Assembly (NCBI GenBank): GCA_051294375.1
Contig: CM119263.1
Span: 16,831,777 to 16,895,776, forward strand
Direction: 5' to 3'
DNA from: Paraspadella gotoi
Lineage: Eukaryota; Animalia; Chaetognatha
Length of the DNA: 64,000 nt
Shown here in pieces: positions 1 through 10,235 of the stretch (position 1 is the stretch's first letter; every line of letters starts with the position of its first letter). The notes below the pieces were generated by a model that saw nothing but the letters and a program-made list of their open reading frames with translations, was not told the DNA's origin and did no database searches. A program made the translations under genes and the position numbers.

Positions 1-225
1 TATCTTGCATTCCATACCAATTGTATTATCTTCGCTTTTATCTTAAAATTTTAATACTGTATTTGTAATACAAAGACTTTAAACGGTTAATTATTTTTAG
101 AAGAATTTTCGTTCCGTCCATGTAAAATAAACTCACGAGATCATCGTGTTTGTTATTACTTTTAATATAAACAAACTGAGAACCTTTGGTAAGCGATAAT
201 TTCTTTCATAACATATCAAATATAA

Positions 226-634
226 ACCAAAGCCTGTCAAAAGTCAGGGGCAAGATAGCTTATTTATTAAATGAATGGATAATTTTTATATTGGTTGTAC
301 CAATTTCATAAAATTCAGCTCCTTGTATTTTGATGTGCTTTGAGTACATTATAATATTCCCCGATCTAATACTTAAGGGAGTGGTCTTTTCATACAATTG
401 AAACATTCTTTGAAACATTATACCACTTCATTGATAGGGAAGTCAGGTAGTATGGGAGAGAATAAACGAGACTGAAAGATAGTCTTGATTGAAAGCTTAC
501 AGGGACCTGCTATGTCATTATCTTGTAAGAGTGATGGAGGCCTTCAACCACCAAAGTCTGTCCAAAGCCAGGGGCAAGATAGCTTATTTATTAAACAAAT
601 GGATAATTTTTATATCGGTTGTACCAATTTCATA
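226..634 (+). repeat. Dispersed repeat family A, two partial tandem copies (226-310, ~420-634)
   Basis: Both copies end in ...caggggcaagatagcttatttattaaa..atggataatttttata..ggttgtaccaatttcata. The same sequence recurs at 20719, 32287, 32478 and 37314. Confidence 0.85.
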
Positions 635-673
635 AAAAAACTAATTTGCCGAATTTAATTCTTTCTGATTGAG

Positions 674-1216
674 GAGGAAGAGGACGAGGACGAGGAGGCA
701 GACGTCATGGGAGGAGAAGGGGAGGAAGGGGGAGAAACCAAGGAAGACAAAACGGACAACAGAACGAGGGAGAGGAAGAGGAAGAGGAGACGTGCTCCAA
801 CCCTCAAATGAAACGAAAGTAAGTCGTTTGTTTCTATGGTTACTCGTAAACAATACTGCCTTTACGTGAGTTTTGGCCGACGCTGAATTAATGTTATGAT
901 ATATAATATAATATACGGATTGACGTTTAAAACCCGCAGACAACTTCTCGATTGTTCGGTCGTCGCTCAGGGATCGGCTCGTAAACACACTTTTCTCTTT
1001 TGGATGAAAGGACTGCCTACTGCGGTCAATTCCACGCTGACCTGCAGGTTATTTACCAATAAATCAATCAATTCATACGTAGAACATCGAACATCGACAT
1101 TATTGTAAATTTTGTATGACATTTTTTTTTTATTATATCCTAGATTCGATGCCGATTGCGACGGAGACTTACGCTGCTGCTCTGAAGCGGACGTTTGCGT
1201 TCGAAATTGCGCCTGA
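674..1216 (+). CDS. 3' part of a small protein: Gly/Arg-rich segment, acidic linker, WAP-type four-disulfide-core domain (5' exon not identified)
   Basis: Exons 674-818, 940-1047 and 1144-1216 join by GT-AG introns in matching phase (2,2) and read GRGRGRGGRRHGRRRGGRGRNQGRQNGQQNEGEEEEEETCSNPQMKRKQLLDCSVVAQGSARKHTFLFWMKGLPTAVNSTLTCRFDADCDGDLRCCSEADVCVRNCA*. There are 8 Cys, including the WAP signature CxxDxDCxxxxxCC..C...C. The acceptor at 672-673 is weak. Confidence 0.7.
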
Positions 1217-1561
1217 ATGTCACGTCATTGAGAACCGTCGTTGCAATTTTTGTAAACGGTCTTCGATTATGCGACTCTACCCCTGATGAAGATTTGTACC
1301 GTTTTTTTTTTCATTTAAACAATTGAATTGGACGATGAAAGGAAATGAGCATAATTTTTGAACAAGGAAAGTCTCATTTTAGTTTTCGTCTTCTTTAAAA
1401 AATTAAAAAGCTTTTTAAATCGATGGTGGCTTTCTTCACTGCGAGTTTGAGCTAGAGATTTCAAAGAAATTTCATTTAGATATATATATTTTCCTTTTTC
1501 CCCTTTATTTGAAACTTTAATCTTTAAACATACATTTGTATTTTTCGTTTCTGGTCTGCTG

Positions 1562-1642
<81 letters not shown>

Positions 1643-1665
1643 TTTCCTCTCTCTCTCTCCTCTCT

Positions 1666-1731
<66 letters not shown>

Positions 1732-1770
1732 CTTCTCATTCTCTCTCTCTCTCCTCTTCTCTCTCTCGCT
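1562..1770. repeat. (CT)n microsatellite
   Basis: Long, interrupted CT tract; it explains the spurious RE/SL-repeat ORFs here. Confidence 0.95.
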
Positions 1771-2549
1771 TTCTTTCTGACGCTGTCGCCTGCCAAAAAT
1801 AATCTCTTGTTTGAATTTCGCCGAGTTGTCCAAATATGACATTTTTTTTCATCCAAATATGGAAACTTTTTCATAAATATGAAACTTTTTCTTCGGTTTT
1901 GCCTATTTTTATTTTTCTGTTTTTTTCATATTTCCTCTCATTTTAATTAATATTATTTCTCTGAAAATTTCCGTTAGTCAAAAGCAACATAAAAAAATGA
2001 GAATCTTTGACATTTTAAGTTTTCCGTCGATATTTTTATGGGCGAAAGAAAACCGGAGAAAGAAAGAGGGAGTTGACATATAACTATAAGGCTAACCGAG
2101 AACGTTTTCACATTTTTCGGCCTAAGTTAATTTATGCTTGTATTTGAGGAGCACTGAATTATAACTAAATACATTAGCCGTGATTTTTATAGAATATTCA
2201 ATGATTTATATATTATATAGAATAAATAATATTATTTACGGATGGCATCTCGGTGAGAAAGAGTGATGGAACAAAATGTTCATAATACGTATAATTCACA
2301 AAAGAAATAAAAATTAATAAAAAATACAATTTTGTAACTTAATTCACATAATTCACGTAATTCTCATGATATTTCATGGTGCAAGTCAAATTAAATAATT
2401 AAACTGCAAGTGTTAACTCTTAAAACAAAAAAATCTTAGATAAGACTAAGTTGTAGTCCAAGGATTTTTTCTTCTCGTTTGATGAGAAGGATGCCATTGT
2501 CGACTAAGGATTACGTGGTTACAGAAGAGAGCAAACCAAAACGAAGGAG

Positions 2550-2592
<43 letters not shown>

Positions 2593-3025
2593 ACGCCAAA
2601 CGAATTATTAATGATAAAGCAATAAACATTTTTCAGTGGAAGTACTTAGTCGATTGGTTGAAAGATTTTAGTTTTAATCTTAAAAAAAAAATTTTTAAAG
2701 ATTATATTTAAAATTAGTAATTTGAGAAGTTTAAATCCTAAATTCCCTCAATTTATTTATTTTTAATTAATCTCTATTTACACGTTGGAGGGAGTGCCCC
2801 TCTAAATATTAAAAGCCGATGATCAATTATTCAAGAATTAATTTCGTGTCACACCTACCCACCTTCGGTTTTTCCTTAATTAACTGGTTGTCTTTCCTTT
2901 CCGGAATTTGTCATTTTGGTCATTTATGTCTCGAAATGATTGGTTTGTTTAAATTTTTTCGCTTCGTTGCAAAGTATTAATTTTATGTCTTACCTAGAGG
3001 AATGGTTAACAGTTATTAACAATTG

Positions 3026-3219
3026 TTATGAGTTAGTGACAATATAAGCAGTCCCTGAGCTTAGGGTTAGGCTGTAACACTGTGTTGCAGGCGGGTAAAG
3101 CGCCCCGTCCATCTTAACTACAAGGCTACCACCGGGCTAGAACCCCGTTGGGAGGCGAATGACTTGCCTCCTGCACCATTGCACCATTGGCCGGTGATGA
3201 ACGGTTGATGGATTTTAGT
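3026..3219 (+). repeat. Dispersed repeat family B (structured-RNA-like), copy 1
   Basis: Aligns to the reverse complement of 26618-26799: ataagcagtccctgagc...ctgtaacac.gtgtt.cag...gggaggcgaatgacttgcctcctgcacca...tgatgaacggtt..tggattttagt. Confidence 0.85.
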
Positions 3220-4331
3220 CCACAATAACAGTCTTTTAAAAAAGTTTATCTGGCATAGACCTCCGAGACATTCACCCACACCCCAAATCCGATTTCTAAC
3301 TGGATTTTTTTTTGAGTCCTGATTAAAGATTTTACGATCCAATTAACACCTCTGGGTCTCATTGACAAAAAAAAACTCCAAAATGGAAAAAGCCATTCTT
3401 TTATTTCACTTTTCAAGACGTTAGTGTTCGCAGTCAAAAGTTGTACGGCGGTACGGCTGTAAAACTTATAAAGGGGACAGAAGTTTGTTTGTTCTTTAGC
3501 ACGAATATCTCGTACAAAAATTGCAGACCGGTTCCTCACGTTAATTTATATTTATAAGTCGATGGTAACATTTTTTTGTTCTTGAGTGTTGAAATTTTCT
3601 CTTAATTAGTCATTATAAGTTTTGATTATTTTATTTTTCTTGGCGTGAAATGAGCGTAAGTATAATGCTCGCGTACCAACGCGACGTATCTCGATGAACA
3701 CAGACACGTCACCCGCGAATGTATGCGAGCCTCGCTCCGCTACAAATCTACATAGTCCGAGATAAAAAAAAAATCCCTGGGATTTTCAAAACTCGGGGAA
3801 TCTTAATTTGTTTAGCGTCGCATCGCCTTAGAACCCCGGCGGCAGCAGGGTCAGCAGCGGCAGCGTCCTTGGTTAAACTCTCGGCAAAGACATGATCATT
3901 CGATCGATTCCTTACCTAAACTTACCTCTCCTCCTCCTCCTCCTCCTCCTAATTTTCCTCCTCCTAGAATGCCGCTCTTTCAGGTTCCTCTGCGCTGTTA
4001 CTCGGACGAAGAAATTCCAGAACTATTTTTTTTTCCTCGCCAGTTTTTTTTTAAATTCTTTTTCTTCCTGTCAAAATTGTTTTTTCTTCAACACGTTTTG
4101 TTTCTTCTCGACTTTTTCTTTTCTTCTCTTTTCCTTTTTCTTTTTATCTTGGTTTCCAATTTTCACTTCCGCTGCATCCCACTGCGTTTTCGTTTCCCTA
4201 CCCTGACAGAATCTTCTTTCGTCTTTTCTGCGCAACTTCTTTTGCTCTTTTTATCAAGTTGTCCTTCTTTGCAAAGAGAGGGAATTTTAATCCTGGTCTC
4301 TCTCTCTCTCTCTCTCTCTCATCGTCTCTCT

Positions 4332-4391
<60 letters not shown>

Positions 4392-4956
4392 GTAACCAAC
4401 CCAGTGACTACGACGACGACAACTCGGGACAAGTTTTTCTTTCCACCCGTCGAGTTTTTATCGTCTTTCGAATTCTACTTTCAAAGTTGAAAAAAAAAAA
4501 AAGATCCGAATGGTTATTTCGCTGATGTTTGCTGAAGAAATATAAAGGAAAGTTTCAGGGTCGAAATGACACGAGGGGTGATGCACGGCGTGACGAGCGT
4601 GACGAGTCACTTCCTCTCACGTGACTGACACCGCGACGAGAACGTTCACAGATGATTTTTTTTTAGTTGAAACGTCGTCGTAATTCGTCTCATTTTTTCC
4701 ACACCACGGTTTTCCCGTATTTGTTCTTAATTCCTAAACTAATAATTTTCTTAATGTTCAGACATTAACATTCAGAAAATTTAGAATTTAAGAGCTTCTC
4801 TAAAAACGAACTATTTGCCTTTTTCATTCACTATTAATTTACCAAGACAATTAGAACATAATGAATGGCCAGGGTTAAGACTTTTTAAGCCCTACCTGGG
4901 TCACGTGATTGTAATTATAATTAGAAGGAGACGGATTCTCACCTTCGAAGCCTTCG

Positions 4957-4994
<38 letters not shown>

Positions 4995-5557
4995 ATTCCC
5001 CTCCCTGGTATCCGCCCCTGACTCGCCCCAACACCAAAGGCCAAATGTTATACCCCCAGGAGTCTGGATGCCCTCTCCAGAATTTAGCGGAATCCTGTTT
5101 AATTTCGTAGTCTTAAAAGTTAAAATGATTCCCAGCATCCAAGATGATATCGATTCGCGAAGTTTGCTCGAATCTGAGACTAGCGACTTTTGCGGACGTT
5201 TTTTTAAAAATCATTCTGGCTTTTTTAGTTTTGAACTGAATTATTACCGAAAATAAAATTATTGAAAATATGACAATAACATGATGATAAAAATTTGATT
5301 ACGAGAATATAACGCGAATATTAAGTTATGCTTTCGCAAATATAATTTGCACTCCGATTGTACGTAATCGACGACATTTTTTTTTCGTATTTTGCATTGT
5401 TTTTCTTTTTTTAATTGTGGCCGCATTTTTATGAATGTCCCAATTTAATTTATTTCTTGTTTTCCAGAATTTTTTATTCATGTTACCTACTTACCAAAAA
5501 AAATGCCTAAAATACAAAGAAAATGTTTAAAAATAAACACGAATCTCAGAGCGACTA

Positions 5558-5567
5558 GTCACGTGAC
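5558..5567. promoter_or_regulatory. Palindromic E-box GTCACGTGAC (CLEAR/USF/MITF type) 135 bp upstream of the Dispatched-like ATG
   Basis: Exact 10-bp palindrome; related TCACGTGA sites at 4617-4625 and 4900-4909. Function is inferred. Confidence 0.35.
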
Positions 5568-5702
5568 CTTTACTAATTCAAATGATCTCAAAAACCCGGT
5601 CGACTTTCCCTCCCACGTTATAGTGCGATGAGTCATCGCGACGCCTCCGCCAACTCTATCGTCATTGACGCCCAAGCTTTTCCTCTACGAAACTAAAATA
5701 GA

Positions 5703-8700
5703 ATGGATCCGGAATCGAACGCGGAACCTTCGGGGTTAACTCGTCACCGCGCCGAGATGCCGCCGATCGAAGGCGCCGAAACAACTCGATCTCCGCAAGC
5801 GATGCGGGTCGAACCCCTCGCCTCGATTTGTCGTCCTTCGCTGTCCAGCGTCGGTCAAGACGTCTTTTCCGTCTCAACCGTAAACCCGGTACCGATTTTC
5901 GATGTGTCTTCGTCAACGCCCATCGTTACGCAAATCGTTTTGCCGCCAATCAGCGTCGGTTCGACTCCAGAGGTCGACCCGGTGGCCGAAGCAACGGAGA
6001 GGTCGAAAGCGATCGTCCAGGGAGATCCCGAGGACGACTCCATCGCGGATCGAAGGACGAATTCGAGAATGGACCAGTACACTTGCACTAGGTTTGCTAA
6101 AAAAAAATATTTTTTATAAATTAAAAATCAAATTTAATAAATTATTTGTTATTAAGAATTATAAGTTTATAAATGATTTTTAAATAACTTTAATAAATTT
6201 GAAAAAAAATAATTTAAATAAAATTGTTTCAATTTTTTCAACAATTTATACATAAACAAATTTATATTGTGGCAAAAATATGTTAGTTTATAGATTAAGG
6301 ATAGTTCTTCGGTATTATTGACAGGACGGAAGCATTAGTGAAACCAAGTGAGGAACAAGCTTTAACCACCGATGAAGACAGGACTTCAAATATAACCCCG
6401 CCTGAACCAGAAGAATCTCACTCTCCGTCGTCGACCTCACCTTCGACGTTGCCTTCGCCGTCGTCTCCGCCAGCTCTTTCGCCGCCCCAGGCTACTCCGT
6501 CCCGAGTCGCTCTCGCCGTCGAAAATCGGGCACTTGAAGCATCGAGCGCCTCTTGCGACAATCTTGGTTACGAAGCCGATGCCGACCTTACTCTCGCGAA
6601 GACGGTCGAAACGGGCGGACGCTCCGACTCGACTTCCGATCGAGGAAATGACGTGGCAAATGGCGCCGCAACCGGAGCCTCTTCGTCCACTTCCGCCTCC
6701 CCGACTCGAAGCCCACAAAACAGGATCGTTCCGATTACTGATCAAGAAATCAACCAAAGAGAAGGAGAGAGGGAAATTGAAATATCTCGCAGAATTTCAC
6801 CGTTACGAAGCCCACAGAACAACAGGATCGTCCCGATTAGCGATCGGAGAGAGCAAGAGAGGGAAAACGAAACGAGCACGGGTCGTCGATGTTGTTGGTG
6901 CAGTTGGGCGGACGCGGTGGTAGATTATCCTTACATCTTCATCGTTATCACCCTTCTCGTCACCGGTTTATCGATCTTGGGTCTCTGGTTGAGGGGAGTG
7001 AGCTTGCCCCAATTCGACGCCACGACGGGTTTCGAGGCGAGGGGCACCGAGATCGGCAACGCCATCGTGACAAGGGGAAACTTTGACAAATGTTTCATCA
7101 GGGACGAGGTTCCTGATTTGCGGCGGCGCAGGAAGAGAGAAGCCGGTTCGAGTTGTTTTGACATCGTCGTAGACAATCCCGTTTTCATCTTTGAATCCAT
7201 CGACGGAAAATCTTTGTGGAACGTGACTTCAATGAGGAGCGTTTGCGAGCTAGAAGAGGAGATTTTACGAACGTTGCCGGAATTGCAAGACGATTCTTGC
7301 TCCGTACACTCTCTACCTCGAACCATCCTGGAACTCTCCGCCAAATCGAGTTCAAACTGCACCGATTTGAGCGCGAATGACTTGGATCTCGCGGCGAGAG
7401 TCGTCGGCACTTGCGCGGATTCTTACAATGACGGAACTTTGGAAACTTGTTGCAAAAAGAACAGCGGGTGTGGAACCGTTCCCGCCGTCTGCCGCCAACC
7501 GAGTAACATGTGCGCGAGTTTTCGGCTAATCCATTATCTGATGGACAAAAACTTCGACGCCAACAAGTTGGGCTTAAGAAACGCCATGATGATCGCCTCG
7601 AAAACAAGCACGATTACTTTATCGAAACTTTTGGATTTCAGCGAAAACGAGCTGCTGACGGGAAACGCGACCAAAGGCCATGTCAAGTTGGTGACGATCT
7701 ACTTTTCCGATTTGTATCAAAAGATGTTTGATAGAACCATCTACGGCGACATGAAGTTTTTCGGAGTGGCCGGCGCGGTCATTATCGTCATCATGGTCAT
7801 GTACACTCGATCCGTCGTTCTCACCTTTTGCACTGTGGGCGAAGTTGGCCTCACCATCATTATCGCCTACTTTGTGTATCACGTGATCATCGGCCTCGCC
7901 TTTTTTCCATTTCTCAACGTGCTCGTCATTCCGCTGCTCATCGGCGTCGGCGCGGACGACGTCTTCATTCTCAACGATCTCTGGCATCAGGAGAAGACTA
8001 GGTCCAGTTCGATGAGCGAGAGACTTCATAAAACATTGCGCCATGCCGCCGTATCGATCTTAGTCACGTCGCTGACGACCGGTTGCAGCTTTTTGGTGAA
8101 TCTCATGTCGAGCATCACTGTCATTAAGTGTTTCGCTTTGTTCGCCGGAATTTCTTTGATCGTCGAGTTTTTCGTGATGGTCGTTTTTGTTCCGCCATTT
8201 ATGGTCCTCTCGGAAAAGGCGATAAACCTATGGCCAGAATCTTTGACACTCGATTGTTCAACTCTGATTTCTTATTTAACGAGAATTCACGACTTATTTA
8301 TAGAAAAAATAGTTTTTCTTATTGTCCGTGGAAAGAACTTCTTTTTAATCCTGATATTCGCGATGAGCATCGCCGGAGGAGTCTTGTGCTTTTACGAGCC
8401 TAAACTCAAGTTGCCCTCTTCCCGGGGAATGCAGTTATTCCGCGACGAACATCCCTTTCAGTTGTTCGAAAGTGACTACAAAGATCGGTTCCACGGTCTC
8501 AAAGAACTGCGAATGTTCCTCGAAGAAGCCATGCCGGTCACAGTTTACATCGGAATCGAGTCCATGGACGATGGCAGTTATTATGATCCAAACAACAAAG
8601 GTTCCTGCAAATTATCATCCGATGAAACGATTCTCGATCGCGATCTACAACTGTGGATGTCCAAGTTTTCCAAAGAATTCAACAGCCAAAGTTTTATTCA

Positions 8701-9829
8701 CGACATCGCTAAAACGTACAAAAGGATTGCCTATGACGAAATTCTTGACATGTCTCGCCTTCCATGTCACGGAAAGAATCATTGTTGCGAAAATAAGGAG
8801 GACTACATGCCGAATTTCGAAGTTTGTTTAAAACAATTCTGGAGCAAGGTGCCCACGAGAGAAAAGAGTTGGTTCGTGGATCAACCGATGTTCTCTCAAG
8901 ACAACAATAGCAATTCCCTGGTGGCATTCCGATTTGTTTCTTTCTCCCATCACATCCTCTCCCCAAAGTTCGAATCTATGGATCTTTTTTACAAAGAAGT
9001 CAATACATACATCACGAAATCTTCTGATCTTCCCGAGGACGCCCCACCTATCTGGTGGTTCTCCGTTTTGCATCTCTACGACCTTCAACTGGCTATCACT
9101 GATGGCCTCTACGCGGCCGTTGGCCTCTCGATCGGAGTGGCTAGCTTGGTCTTGTTCTTCACCTCTTGGCATTTTGCGATTGCATTCTTGTCGGCCGTGA
9201 CGATCGTTGGAATTGTCTTCACCACCGTCGGCGCTTTGGCCCTTATGAATTGGGAGCTGAACGTGCTGGAATCCATGACAATAACACTTGCCGTGGGCCT
9301 CTCCATCGACTACATCATTCACTTCGGCGTGGCATTTAAAATCGTCCGTGCCGGACAGCCGGTCGACGACTACGTCGGATCGTCGTTCAGACGGGTCGGC
9401 ACTGCAGTGTCCATGGCGGCGCTGACGACCTTTATGGCGGGGGCTTCGATCATGGGGTCCCGGGTCGAGCCTTTTCTACTCCTCGGCCGGTTCCTGATGC
9501 TGGTCATGACCATCTCCTGGTTCTATTCTGTCTTCTTCTTCATTCCTCTGCTGGATTCAATCATGGTACGCGTCGACAAGTTTTGGCTCTGGTACCATGG
9601 CTCCGAGGTCAGCGGAAACGGCAATATCCCCTCCGTTGCCAATCCCGCCTACCTCATCGAAGCGCGAGACGATCTCGACGATCCACTCGATCCAGTGGAA
9701 GTCATTAGAAGCGCTGGCGACGGCGAAGAGATCATCGACACTTTGGAGAGAAGTAATTTGGCCTTTGACGAGAATTCCCTCACTGAATCCCAAAGGGACG
9801 AGTTGGAAAAACGGAATTTCGAAAACTAA
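5703..9829 (+). CDS. disp: Dispatched-family RND/sterol-sensing-domain membrane protein (~1297 aa)
   Basis: Exons 5703-6091 and 6325-9829 join across a phase-2 GT-AG intron. Motifs: GFEARGTEIG after TM1, polybasic RRRRKR in ECD1, PFLN...GVGADDVF in the SSD (TM4), GLSIDYIIHFG (TM10). Two clusters of TM helices and Cys-rich extracellular loops. Confidence 0.9.
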
Positions 9830-10235
9830 ATTTCGCGGGCGATATAATTATCCTTGGATCGGTGATTCGGTTGTTTCTTCGTTTTTGCGGTTTCTCGGCC
9901 AGTTGATGGTAAAAAATAGCTTTATTTTATTGCTAAATTAGCACCTTGGAGGCGCTGATTTTATTATCACAATTAATTTTATGAAATTTTGATTAATGCC
10001 CTTTAAACAAATCGGAACATTTTTATACTCGGCTTTATTTTTAAATATCATGTAATTGTTTTTTATTTTCAAAAACTGTTTTATCTTTTACACAGAAAAG
10101 AGATCCAATTCAAAATTTGCACTATGGGAATAAAGAAATTTTAGAGGCGACTCTTCGAAAAAACTTAAGTATTAAGAAGCAAAAAGTAATAAAGTTAAAA
10201 AACAGAATTAACTGGATCTTGTGAATAATAAAAAA

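Noticed and set aside
1182-1210. Hammerhead-like CTGAAGC-GGACG-tttg-CGTTC-GAAA
   Set aside because: Core mismatch, no stem III or UH triplet, and it lies in the WAP coding exon.
1315-1874. ORFs of RE/SL dipeptide repeats, here and throughout the window
   Set aside because: Translations of (GA)n/(CT)n microsatellites.
3061-3071. TTAGGGTTAGG as a telomerase RNA template on the minus strand
   Set aside because: It sits in a variable loop of a dispersed repeat, the second copy lacks it, and G-U asymmetry favours the opposite strand.
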